Shown piece after piece: positions 1 to 11,122 of a stretch of DNA of 28,042 nt (its first letter is position 1; every line of letters starts with the position of its first letter). Both the position numbers and the translations under genes were made by a program. The notes under the pieces were generated by a model that saw nothing but the letters and a program-made list of their open reading frames with translations, had not been told where the DNA came from and searched no databases. This DNA is from Thermotogota bacterium (GTDB taxonomy: Bacteria > Thermotogota > Thermotogae > Petrotogales > Kosmotogaceae): contig JAYEJL010000006.1 in assembly GCA_034660555.1 (NCBI GenBank), positions 1-28,042 of the forward strand, read 5' to 3'.

Positions 1-359
<359 letters not shown>

Positions 360-369
360 CTACACCTCC

Positions 370-747
370 TCATTTGTTTAAGATATCTTCAGGTAAATTC
401 AAATCACCTGTTAATTTTGACGTTTCTTCATCTCTCTTCTTTTTAATATTTTCTAGAACTTCATTAACTCCAGCAATTATCAAATCCTGGACAATTTCAA
501 ACTCCTCTTCCTTTAAATCCTCGTTTATTTGTATGTCTTTTATTCTGTAATCACAGCTAGCTGTAACCTCTACTGCTCCTCCTCCAGATGTTGCAGAAAC
601 TTCAATATCTTTGAATTTTTCTTCTATCTCCCCCATTCGTTCTTGTGCTTTTTGTGCCTGTTTCATCATTTCATTCAATTGGTTTGATTTTTTGGACGAT
701 CTTTTTCCTATGCTTTTTCCTCCCAATCCTCTTATTTTTTTAGCCAT
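370..747 (-). CDS. ybaB: YbaB/EbfC family nucleoid-associated protein
   Basis: MMKQAQKAQE...SGGGAVEV...QDLIIAGVNE signature; directly downstream of dnaX; start moved to ATG 747 (MAKK), which follows SD GAGGAGG. Confidence 0.9.
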   Translation of the reverse strand: MAKKIRGLGGKSIGKRSSKKSNQLNEMMKQAQKAQERMGEIEEKFKDIEVSATSGGGAVEVTASCDYRIKDIQINEDLKEEEFEIVQDLIIAGVNEVLENIKKKRDEETSKLTGDLNLPEDILNK

Positions 748-2242
748 TATCTTCCTCCTCAATTATCTCAATATCACTGTTATAATCAAATAAACTCATA
801 ACACGTTCAATGTATTCCTTTTCTTTCGGAGCAAGCTTTTTAAGCAGTTCTCTGTTTTCATTTTTCCTGCCCAAATTTTCTTCCAGAACAAATTTCATTC
901 CCAATTTTTTCTGTACGAGCTCTTCTAATAACACCAATCTTTCACGTGCTATCGTATAAGAAATTGAGTCTCCTTGTTTAAAAGTAACCTTTAAGGTATT
1001 ATTATCTATCTCAATTTCAGCAATGTTGAGAAGAACCCAGTCGAGAATTCTATCTTCATTGTAAAGCGAATCTAAAAATTGACCTACTCTATCCGGTAAT
1101 GTATTTTTTTGTTCATCCACAGATGAATTTTCTTTCTCAGAAACATCTATGCTTCTACTTTTTCCTGTCGTTTCAGATGTATTGGTGATAACTGAACGAT
1201 CTTCTTTCTCAAGTGACTTTTTCTTAAACTTTCCGCTTATGATATTTGCCTTTAATAAATTTAACACATCAAAAGCTGACTCTTTATCTTCAGCTGTTTT
1301 CAATTCTTTTTTGAGATCCCATAATTCTGTAACTAATTGCGCAATTTTGTTAAAATTTTTCTTTTCTTTTATTATTCTTTCTCTTAACAAATCGATTGCC
1401 TGTTCTACCATTACCTCATAAGAAAAACCAAGCTTCTTTACCTGTTCCGAAATCAGGCTTAATGCATCCATATCAGCATTTTCGAGAGCTCCCAAATAAC
1501 CCTTAACAACGTCTTCAGGGATTATTCCAAGAACCTCTCTGACAGCTTTTTCATTGATTTCATCGGAAAATACCATTACTCTTTCAAGCAAATTAATCGC
1601 ATCTCTCATTCCACCATTGGATGCCTTTGCAATAATATCTAATGCCTTATCTTCATACTTTTTCTCTTCCTTTTCCAATACGTTTTTAAGATAAACTAAT
1701 ATTTCACCTTTCGATAATTCATTGAAAGTAAAAATTTGACATCGCGAAAGTATAGTTTCAGGCACTTTTTCAAGGTTTGTTGTAGCCAAAATAAAAACAA
1801 CATGATCTGGTGGCTCTTCTAATATTTTCAAAAGCCCATTAAAGGCTTCTCTTGTTAGCATATGAAACTCATCTATAATATATATCTTATATCTGCCCAT
1901 TGTAGGTCTATAAGAAGCTGCATCTCTGATTTTTCTTATCTCATCAATACCCCGATTTGAAGCAGCATCAAGTTCTATAACATCCATATGGTTCAATCTG
2001 TTTATCGCAATACAGGATTCACATTCATTGCAGGGCCTTTTTTCTTTAGAAAGACAGTTAAGCGATTTTGCGAGTATTCTTGCTGTAGTAGTTTTGCCGG
2101 TTCCTCTAGGACCATAAAAGATATAAGCATGTGACACCTTACCCTTATCTAGAGCCTTTTTTAGAATATCCTTTACCTGATTTTGTCCGATTAACTCATC
2201 AAAATTTAATGGTCGATATTTTCTATAAAGAACCTCTCCCAT
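740..2242 (-). CDS. dnaX: DNA polymerase III subunit gamma/tau
   Basis: LYRKYRP, Walker A GPRGTGKTT, Zn-binding cysteines, ELDAASNRG, IIDEFHML, SRC motif. Confidence 0.97.
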   Translation of the reverse strand: MGEVLYRKYRPLNFDELIGQNQVKDILKKALDKGKVSHAYIFYGPRGTGKTTTARILAKSLNCLSKEKRPCNECESCIAINRLNHMDVIELDAASNRGIDEIRKIRDAASYRPTMGRYKIYIIDEFHMLTREAFNGLLKILEEPPDHVVFILATTNLEKVPETILSRCQIFTFNELSKGEILVYLKNVLEKEEKKYEDKALDIIAKASNGGMRDAINLLERVMVFSDEINEKAVREVLGIIPEDVVKGYLGALENADMDALSLISEQVKKLGFSYEVMVEQAIDLLRERIIKEKKNFNKIAQLVTELWDLKKELKTAEDKESAFDVLNLLKANIISGKFKKKSLEKEDRSVITNTSETTGKSRSIDVSEKENSSVDEQKNTLPDRVGQFLDSLYNEDRILDWVLLNIAEIEIDNNTLKVTFKQGDSISYTIARERLVLLEELVQKKLGMKFVLEENLGRKNENRELLKKLAPKEKEYIERVMSLFDYNSDIEIIEEEDNG

Positions 2243-2269
2243 AACTCACCACCAATCATTACTACGTTA

Positions 2270-2278
2270 ATTATATCA
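2270..2278 (-). promoter_or_regulatory. candidate extended -10 promoter for dnaX-ybaB-gap
   Basis: TGaTATAAT on the minus strand about 30 nt upstream of the dnaX ATG; no convincing -35. Confidence 0.45.
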
Positions 2279-2321
2279 GAAAGGTTCAATCTGCTGGTAA
2301 AGAATATTTTAATAGAACATC

Positions 2322-2359
2322 AAACTAAAAACTGGAGCAATGAAAAAAGCATCGCTCCA
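2322..2359 (-). terminator. intrinsic terminator closing the alpha-2-macroglobulin operon
   Basis: Minus strand TGGAGCGATG-CTTTTTT-CATTGCTCCA (10-bp stem, one G.U) followed by GTTTTTAGTTT. Confidence 0.7.
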
Positions 2360-2415
2360 TTACAATAAAGTACTATACCAGTTTATAATCCCATGAATTT
2401 TGTTTGCAACTTCTA

Positions 2416-2960
2416 TTAATTCATTCTTCCAAGATTAAGTAAATCTGAAAAGCTTCCGTTTTTCAGTAATTTGCTTACCTTCATCCAGCACGTATAACTA
2501 TAATTTTGATATTGATAGTAGTCAAGGTCTATCGGGTTGATTCCATCAATATTATTCATTGGCATAAGTGTTCTACCCTCCCAGTTTTTTGCAACAATAC
2601 AAGCCAATCCTTCTTCGATCCAGTAATATAATTCATATGCTTGTAGTTCCAAATGTGTTAATTCATGAGCCAGTGTTGTAACAAGTGATTCATGTGAACT
2701 CATTGGCTGTAAGAAAATTACGCCGTTCTTGACACCAGCCATCACCCAATGGGGTAATCTCGATAATTCGACAAATTCAGAAACTGAAGAGGCTATATAC
2801 ACCCTATAATTTGTACTGGTTGCTGTTTTTCCTATATTCTTTTCAAATCGATCTTTGAATTCTGCAGTTCGCTGTCATACCACGATACATACGTGACAGA
2901 AAATGCAAAGGATAAATTTACAGAAATAATAAGCACGAACGTCAGAAAAATACTTTTCAT
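2416..2960 (-). pseudogene. secreted HEXXH (peptidase MA-like) protein, frameshifted
   Basis: ATG 2960 overlaps the A2M stop (ATGA) and encodes a signal peptide MKSIFLTFVLIISVNLSFA; that frame stops at TAG 2834-2832. The LAHELTH...WIEEGLA domain is in another frame (open from about 2874 to 2416), so one frameshift lies near 2835-2875. Confidence 0.72.
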
Positions 2961-5900
2961 TCTCTATCATGAACTTCCAAAATTGTTGATTCTGAAGTTC
3001 TAAAGCTTTCTTCGTCGTACATTCCCCACACTTTTGATGGAGGAATCACGTATTCTCCTGTAGCTATCATTCGATAAGCTGAACTGATTACTCAGTCACT
3101 TGGATAGAAATATGAAGCTTTCTCGTATCGTGGTTCAAAATGCAAATAACCATGTTGATAGGAAAAGCTTGAGTACTTACTGCAGAAATGACCAATATTA
3201 TCATGAATTCTGTATTCATCAATGTATAACGCTCCAGAAGGAACAGGCTCTTCAAAAATGAAGTATCTTACATCTTTATCAAGTATAAGTTTGCTTTCCG
3301 CAATAATGAGATCTCCCACCTCAAGCGGTTTGTTTTCTGTCAATGAAAGTTAATATACTCAACCCTGTCGTTATACAGCTTATGCTTTAGTAAGAACTCT
3401 GATTTGCCTATCTTTCCTAACAGCTCAATATTTGAACTCATCCAACCCAGTCGATATTTTCCAAGACAGAGTTCATCATTGTCAATGTGCAGCATCATTC
3501 CGTCATATTCAGTCCTGGTAATGTTTGGAATTTCAGTATTTTCTTCCAGTTCAATTTTTTCAAGCTGTCCGATTACGTAAGGTGAATCTATCTGAGGAAT
3601 GTTTTTTCAACGAGTGAATTCCTTGAAGTAATCTCGACCTCTTTTCGGAAAAATCTGGTTACAGTCATACCATTACTTAAAGGCTCCACCGAATCTAGGG
3701 AGTATTTTGCTTTACTATTAACAACGTTGAAAGCATTTCCTTCTGTAGATATTGAAATCGGACTTCTTAATTCAGGACTAATTTCTATTCTTACGGAAGT
3801 TGAGTCATCCATGAATCCGTTGTCAATTAATCCCGAACTGTCACTTATGATATATTTTATCTTCTCATTTGCCACGCTTTTTGAGAAATCTGAGAGCTCA
3901 CTCACAGCGAGACAAGTCGTAATGGTTCTATCCCATCTTCCTCCATTATTTCTGTTAAAGATAGCCTGACCTATACGCACGACAAGTTCTTCATCGTAAT
4001 CTAATTCATTAATGACTTTAAAAAGCATCAAAAGAGATAAATCGCTTTCAAAGAAATAGCTAAAGGAATCGTTTTGTTTTACTTCTAAATTGTTATCATC
4101 AAACTTTATAAAGTCCCAGGCTTTTTCTATAAACTGAATTGCTTCCTGCCTTTTCCCAACATTTTTAAGTGCCAGCGCAGTCAACGCAACTGATGCAAGA
4201 TCACTACCATATTTTTGGATAACCAAATCTGGACTATTATCGTACAGTGTATATACATATTGAACAAAGGGATCTCTATTGTTATTCATCATATATCCAA
4301 GTATTCGGGCTCCGTTCTTTATAACATCATTATTAAGCTCTATTCCAGCCTTTTCTGCAAGATAAAATCCAAACATAACATATGCAGTCATAAAACTACT
4401 TGTTGAATCATTTTTCCACCAACCCCAGCCTCCATCATGGTGCTGATATCCATAAAGACGTTCAAGAGCCTCATCATTGTAGATCGAAATTTTGTTCTTC
4501 ATATCAACCGTAAGGATATTATCCAGATTCTTTGCTGCAATTACCGGCAACCAGGTGCTCATTGTTTGCTAAACGCATCCATAAGGATACCTGAGAAGAT
4601 AAATTATTGACTCAAGTAGCACATCATTAATGTCTGATGTTATGGTCATAGTGCCATATTCGTTTCCCTCAAAAGCTATTACATTTTCACCGTTAGAAAG
4701 CAGGGTTCTTTCGGTATCAACAGTTAAAAATCTTTCTTTGACAGGTAACAAAAGTTCAATAGCATCTGAATATTTATCGGAATTCACAATAAGTTTGATG
4801 TTCACCTCATCTTCACCAATTTCAGGTGCCACATCCTTTACAGCATAATCAAATTTTAGAGTATTTGAACTTTTATGTTTCAAAATCAGGTTGCTTTCTT
4901 CAATTAACTCCTGATCAATATAAAGGCTACAATTTGCTAAAATATCTTCATTCGTACTGTTCATTACAGAAAAGGTTAATTGAGCATTATCACCGGAAAT
5001 AAAGTATTCTTGATTATAAGTATTTATGGACAGGGGTAGCCATGTTTCAAGCTCACCCCTGCGATAACCAAATCCTTCCATACAAATGATAGCGCTCTGA
5101 TGCTCCACAAGTCAAGGTTATCGGGCATTTTGAAAGTAATATTAACCTTCCCATATTGATCTGTAAACAGCCCAGTATTCCAGAGTGCGGTATCAGAGAA
5201 GTCTCTTCTAACATCTGGTTTACTCTGAGCAGATGACCAACTTTAGCTTCAGCAACTATAAAATAATCTTCTGTATAATCGATGATATTTGTTATTGAAG
5301 GGAACATACTGGGTAATTCATCCGTTAAAATACGTGAATCATAGGTTACAAAACCTCTGTTAAACAGTGATTGAACAGAGGACTCCCATCCATGCTCTTC
5401 ACCTTCAAACATCTTTCTAAGAGACTCTGATAATCCAGCAACAGTTAAAGCTGTTATTGCAGGATTACCATCATTATCAGTAACTTCTAATGAAAGCTCG
5501 ACTCTTTCCCCGGGTAATGCTCTATCTGGAAAGTGCAAATCAGTGTTGTACGGAAAAGGATTCTTCTCAAGATCCACCTGTCTTTCAATTGTTTTTACAA
5601 TCCCGTCGGTAGAATAATGTAATGTAAAATGAAAGGATCCGAATGAATACCCATCTGGTTTTTGAATAATGATGCTTTTTTCGTTTTTGTTCATTGAAAA
5701 CTCTCTAGATATGAGTTTGCCTGAAAAATCTGCGACCAGCCACACGTCGGACTTTACTCCTGTTACCAACCCAATTTCTATGTTCCCGTCTTCTAATGTC
5801 TTTATTTCTTTTAAAACAATTCTGTTTCCAATATTTTCTTCAATAAACAAACTTCGATTCAATGAATTTTTTTCTTCTACTACATTTCCATATTCATCTT

Positions 5901-7395
5901 TCGTAGTTAATTTATAATTTAAATTTTTCTTCATCGGGAATGAAAATTTCAAAATTGCCCTCAGAATTAGTTGTATATGTTTCATTTCTTACAATGAATT
6001 TCAAATTTATTGTTTTTATTCCGTCTTCAGTATAATTGGTTTGTTTTTCTATAAACCAGAGTTCGAAGTTGAAATCCAATGAAACTGGATTTTTCATAGA
6101 ATCAAGGCTCTCAACTTCGATAATTACACCGTCTTCTACTTCTTTATAGTTACTATTTAAAATATACATACCTTGAATTACTTCGAATTCTACTGATCGT
6201 TGAAGTTCCATACCTGTGTCATCAGATACTGTCAAAATCATTTTATATGTTCCAGGAGAAAGTTCTTTTCCGTAACCAACAACTGTATTTCCATCACTGC
6301 TAATCTTTGTTGTACCATTGTCTACATATCTACCATTTTTTGGATTACATACGAGATATTTCCGCTTCTAACAGGTTCACCAAAGTAATAATCAGCTTTA
6401 ACATTTACCGTAACAGTATCCCCCACTATGAATACTCTGTTTCCTACATCAACTTTTGCATCAAATGTTGGCTTTTTGTAATCAGATATTTTGAAATACT
6501 GGGTGTAACTAACATCATCCCAATTAAGCTGAATCTTATAAGACCCTCTAGTGATTTCTTTGTTGGTAACTATTGATCCTTCAATTGAACCAGTTTTATC
6601 TGTTCTGATAACTTCATTCTTTACTTCTCTATACATGGGACCATAAACTACTAAATTCACTTCTTTTTCAAGAATCTCAAAGCCCTCAAAAGCGACCTTC
6701 CGCAGAAATGCTCTGAAATTAACTGTCTCACCAGCTTTATATGCTGGTCTATCGGTTACTATGAGCGCAATTTCTCTTGAAGGAACAGTTTTTGCAAATT
6801 CATCAGGTTTCCACAAATAATCTCCATATGATGTATGAAAAAGAAAAGGGTTTTCAGGTAAAGGAATGAAATTTAATTTACTTGCTTTTTCATTTTCTAT
6901 ATGCTGAACAAGTTCCCCGGTTGTTAAGTTATATATTTCAATATCTTTAACCATTTCACCTTCATGGTTCCATATAGATAACAAAAAACTGTCTTCGTTA
7001 TAAACCAAAACAGGAACAATTGTCTTCTTGAATAACATATATTTCCTCGATTCAACCTCAGAAACAACATTTAGATAGATAATGCCCTTCTCGTCTTCAA
7101 AAGGTAACTCTAAAAATTCACTCGTAAGAAGTTCTTTTTTCGAATAATAAAAAGGTTCCCTTCCGGGATCTATATCAGCAATTGTTTTTGCCATTGATAA
7201 ATCTTCTGGAAGTATTTTGTATGCCTTTATCTCAATAACATTATCGTATCTACTCGCGATTATTTCCAGAGAATCAGCTGAATAGAATCCTATAAATCTA
7301 TCACTAACAGGACTTTCGTTTTTTATTAAACTGAAGGAAAAAATACTTAAAGATAACGCAGTTATTAATGAAAAAACAAGAAACAGTCTCTTCAT
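2957..7395 (-). pseudogene. bacterial alpha-2-macroglobulin (YfaS-like, about 1480 codons), multiply disrupted
   Basis: Signal peptide; MG2 motif TDRPAYKAGETVNFR and DYKKPTF; VRRDFSDTALW...FKMPDNL; thioester region YPYGCV*QTMS; YQHHDGGWGWW; C-terminal YRMIATGEYVIPPSKVWGMY. Frameshifts near 6338, 5926, 5237, 5090, 3605 and 3350; in-frame stops TAG 4571-4569 and TGA 3094-3092. Confidence 0.9.
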
Positions 7396-7409
7396 CGTTA
7401 CACCTCCAC

Positions 7410-8405
7410 CTATTTATTCAAAATTCTGAATCGATAAAATCCCAAAAAGAATGGGTTCTCTTTCACAGGTAGCCATTGTATGGGCATCAGTCTTAAGTAG
7501 TCATCAAGTAACCACAATTTAACCTTGCCCTTGTCATCTTCAGAAACAGGCCCTGTATGATAAACCAGTCCATTACCCGTATATATCATACTGTGAAATG
7601 TAGAAGGGTCAGGAATATGAAAAAAAAGTATATCTCCAGGTTTTGCTTCTTCAATATTCTTGCTTATAAAATCAGTATTGTGCCTTAGTAAATTATACGC
7701 ATCAGCATATGCTAAGTATTGACCTGACTCTGTTAAGAACAATTCAGTTTCAATGACAGGAACATATGGATAATTATATGAATCTATATCTTTAAGATTT
7801 GAAAGTTCAACTCCAGTTAATTTCTTCCATTCTTCCCTATTAAAAACTAGTGATCTAAACCAGTTCTTATCATGTTTTTTTAGCGTTTCTTTATACGCAA
7901 ACCTAATCAAACCCACACAATCTCTTTCATTTTCTGACCAGTATTCTGAATTATTTATCGCCTGAAGAACAGCGATATTGACAAACTATATTCTGAATCT
8001 TTCAGTATCAGACTCATTTAGTTCTACTACATCAGGGAAACCATTGCTGTTAAAATCATTCCAGTCCTGGAAGTGTAATTTAATTTTTTTAACTATCTCT
8101 TTGAATCCTGAATAAACCACTTCTAAAATGGCTTCCTGTTTAATAATCTGCATTTTATATGTGATTCTGGCATCATCGTAATCCTTTGATACTATTCTTA
8201 ATCCATAAGCATTTAATGCAGTAATTTTTTCAAAATATCTCGCTGGAAGGCTGACTTCAAAATAATCTCCAAGATTCAATTCTTCAGATATGATAGGTTC
8301 GTATTTCTGAACGAAAGAAGCATCCATTGAAGCTATAACAAAAAGAATTGTAATCCCGCAAACCGCAAAAAGGTAAAATAAAATAATAATAGAAAATTTT
8401 TTCAT
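7410..8405 (-). pseudogene. DUF1175/YfaT family protein with internal amber stop
   Basis: ORFs 8405-7986 and 7916-7410 are in one frame; read-through gives RFRI*FVNIAVLQ...RDCVGLIRFAYKETLKKHDKNW...PGDILFF...HSMI...YHTGP. TAG 7988-7986 sits at the Trp of the FRxWF motif. Confidence 0.85.
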
Positions 8406-8538
8406 AATTATTTTATTTTAACATTATATCACCTTGAACCCTTACAATTTTAAAGGCGATAGAGTTAATTATTCTTCAAATAATGTGGTAATATTGGCAA
8501 ATGAAAGATTGTTTATAGGCGTTTTTTGGTTGGTGATT

Positions 8539-9324
8539 ATGATGCTCGGTGATTCCAGAGAATACTATGATGACATAGCAGAAATTTACGATTCTATGTA
8601 TGAAGAACCTTATTGGAAACTATATCATAGTGTGCTGGAAAAGTTGATAGTTGCTCAACAACCAGAAGGCAGTATTCTTGATATTGGAACGGGTACCGCT
8701 CGATGGGCTATCTTTCTTGCAGAAAAAGACAATAGCGTAAAAGCCATTGATGTTTCTAAAAAGATGCTTTCGGTTGCAGGTCAAAAAATTAATGCTGCTG
8801 AACTTAATGTTGATCTTATAGAAGCATCAGGAGAAAGGATTCCCTTTTCTGATAACTCTTTTGATATTGTTACAGCCTTTGGCGATGTTCTATCATATAC
8901 AGATGATTTTGAAAAAATGCTTGGCGAGATAAGAAGGGTATTAATACCCGGTGGCAAACTACTCGCGACGGTGGACAATGGTTACGCTTTTTTACATGAC
9001 TTTATATCAAATGCTGAACTACGAAATGCTCACAGCTTATATGAAAAACGAAAGAAAGTGGTTATAGGTGACAGTGAAGTGAGCAAACACAGTTTTTTAA
9101 CACGCCCATTTTTTCCCGAAGAAATAGAGCCTATTCTGAAAAAATTCGACATGCATCTAATAGACCTTGCTGGTGTCGTGGTCTTCTATCCCTACGTTGA
9201 AAAACGACTATCCAGGCATATTGATGAAATCGCGGAATGGGAATATGCTTTTTGTAGAAATCACGAACTTTTTGGAAGAACTGAGCATTTATTTTTCTGC
9301 GCGAAAAAGGAGAAAATAACTTAA
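8539..9324 (+). CDS. class I SAM-dependent methyltransferase
   Basis: YYDDIAEIYD, ILDIGTGTA, IDVSKKML, IPFSDNSFD, RVLIPGG; start ATG 8539 (or 8542) after GGTGA rather than 8434. Confidence 0.88.
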   Translation: MMLGDSREYYDDIAEIYDSMYEEPYWKLYHSVLEKLIVAQQPEGSILDIGTGTARWAIFLAEKDNSVKAIDVSKKMLSVAGQKINAAELNVDLIEASGERIPFSDNSFDIVTAFGDVLSYTDDFEKMLGEIRRVLIPGGKLLATVDNGYAFLHDFISNAELRNAHSLYEKRKKVVIGDSEVSKHSFLTRPFFPEEIEPILKKFDMHLIDLAGVVVFYPYVEKRLSRHIDEIAEWEYAFCRNHELFGRTEHLFFCAKKEKIT

Positions 9325-9947
9325 TGAAGAATTTTACGCTTTTTATAGGCATATTTTTAATCATACTTTTAATTGTTAGTTCAAGCCTTTCTTTTTTAAC
9401 ACTGGCTAAAGTGAATGAATTAAATAATGAAATAAAATCATTTCAGAATAAAACAAATGAAAGAGTTAATAATTTTACTTCGAAATTTGAATCAAATATT
9501 ACGAAAATAACTGATCTCATAACACCTGGAGGCGTACTTGAAGAATACGTGGTAGCAAAATCCTTTATAGAAAACCTTGAGGAATATCTTGCGTTAATAC
9601 TAACCGAAGCACAACAAACTGATGATAAACCTTATTTCAGATTTTTTATTACTGGCAAGGATCAAATATGGATAGGATTAAAGAACAGTGAAAACGATTC
9701 ATCTTATTTTTTCCAGAAAAACTTCTCACCTGGTCTGTCTAAAGAAAAATTTTTCTATTTCAAGGAACCCTTTGTTGAAACTCAATACACTATAAAGATT
9801 AACAGCGATTCGTATATTCGTACAGCCAATCCTGCATCTGTTTATTTGATCTTTTTTGGATTTGATAGTGGTAAATTAGTTCAAATGCCAGGTACAACAG
9901 TTGAAAATCTATCCAAAGAATTCAACCTATATATACCAGGGCAGTAA
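9324..9947 (+). CDS. hypothetical membrane-anchored protein (N-terminal TM, coiled coil, beta-rich C-terminal domain)
   Basis: 207-aa ORF coupled by TAATG overlap to the methyltransferase; hydrophobic residues about 4-28. Confidence 0.8.
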   Translation: MKNFTLFIGIFLIILLIVSSSLSFLTLAKVNELNNEIKSFQNKTNERVNNFTSKFESNITKITDLITPGGVLEEYVVAKSFIENLEEYLALILTEAQQTDDKPYFRFFITGKDQIWIGLKNSENDSSYFFQKNFSPGLSKEKFFYFKEPFVETQYTIKINSDSYIRTANPASVYLIFFGFDSGKLVQMPGTTVENLSKEFNLYIPGQ

Positions 9948-9958
9948 GGGAGAAAAAG

Positions 9959-11122
9959 ATGAGTAAATTACGAAAACATTTTTTAATAACAGGTTCAGGT
10001 GGATTTTTTGTATTTGGGTTTTCAATCCTGATAATTGGTAGTGCATTACCAGCTATTGAAAAATCGTTAGGAATAGACCATCAACAGGCAGGATTGATAT
10101 TTGCAACATCTTCAATTGGCTTTGGCTCATCTGCATTTGTCAACATGATCTTTTCCAAAAAGCTGGGGCCCTTCAGATCTTTATCTATTGGCATTTCAAT
10201 TGTATCTTTATCACTCTTTATTTTTGTTTTCTCAAGAACATTTTCACTTTTGTTGATAGCAAATGCTATTCTGAACTTCGGAACAGGTTTGATCGAAGTA
10301 AATGCTGCAATAGGAGTGTCGGTATTAAAGGAAAAGAAGAATGCCGGAGTTCTAAATTTTATGCATGCTTTGTACTCTTTGGGAGCATTAATATCACCAA
10401 TTGTAGTCTCACTATTTCTTCTAAATGTAGACGATTGGTATAAACCCTTTGCATTTGCAGCAATTATAAGCACATCTTTATTTGCATTTTCATTGATTCT
10501 ATTCAAATATGATGTTGTATATGAGCCTTCCGATACACCTTTTGAGCACTGGTTGATAGTCAAAGAACCTTTGTTCTGGTTAATAATTGCTGGAGTTTTT
10601 CTTTATGTTGGTTATGAAGTTTCATTCTCTTCATGGCTATCCGCTTATTCTAACGAAATAAAGGGAATACCCATGAGAATTTCAAGCGCCATGCCTTCAT
10701 TCCTATGGTTGGGATTATTGATTGGAAGGTTATTTTCTTCGGTAGTTTCTGAAAAACTTGGTTACAGCAAATTGATGCTAATGCTTACCTCAGTTGCTAC
10801 TGCCCTGTTTATAACAATGCTTTTTATTGAAACAATGTGGATTTACATCATTTCCATTGTGATAATCGGTATGGGATTTTCTACCATGTTCCCGACGTTG
10901 CAGGCAACATTAATAAGACATAAACCAAAATATTCAACAGTGTCTGCTGCGTTATTTACTGTTGCAGCATCAGCAGGTGCTGCCCTGGTTAATGTAATAA
11001 TAGGTACTCTGGGTAAATTTCTTGATCTGCAATACGGAATGTATTTCATTCTTTTATTGCTATTGGCAGAATTGATAGTAATTATTTTAATATACAGGAA
11101 GGAAAAATATGAAACGCCATGA
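9959..11122 (+). CDS. MFS transporter (fucose permease/TsgA-like)
   Basis: About 12 hydrophobic segments; LNFMHALYSLGALISP, FLYVGYEVSFSSW, GLLIGR motifs. Confidence 0.88.
   Translation: MSKLRKHFLITGSGGFFVFGFSILIIGSALPAIEKSLGIDHQQAGLIFATSSIGFGSSAFVNMIFSKKLGPFRSLSIGISIVSLSLFIFVFSRTFSLLLIANAILNFGTGLIEVNAAIGVSVLKEKKNAGVLNFMHALYSLGALISPIVVSLFLLNVDDWYKPFAFAAIISTSLFAFSLILFKYDVVYEPSDTPFEHWLIVKEPLFWLIIAGVFLYVGYEVSFSSWLSAYSNEIKGIPMRISSAMPSFLWLGLLIGRLFSSVVSEKLGYSKLMLMLTSVATALFITMLFIETMWIYIISIVIIGMGFSTMFPTLQATLIRHKPKYSTVSAALFTVAASAGAALVNVIIGTLGKFLDLQYGMYFILLLLLAELIVIILIYRKEKYETP

Noticed and set aside
1089..1111. dnaX -1 frameshift site A_AAA_AAT (codons 378-380) with a -1 frame TAG shortly after, giving a gamma-like product
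   Set aside because: Not the efficient A_AAA_AAG heptamer, no clear stimulatory SD or hairpin, and such runs are common at this AT content.
3350..6341. Phase variation or programmed frameshifting in the A2M gene
   Set aside because: Homopolymers are only 5-6 nt, and about six shifts plus two stops could not all revert.
8434..8538. N-terminal extension of the methyltransferase
   Set aside because: No SD at 8434; the region is divergent promoter DNA and family similarity begins after 8539.
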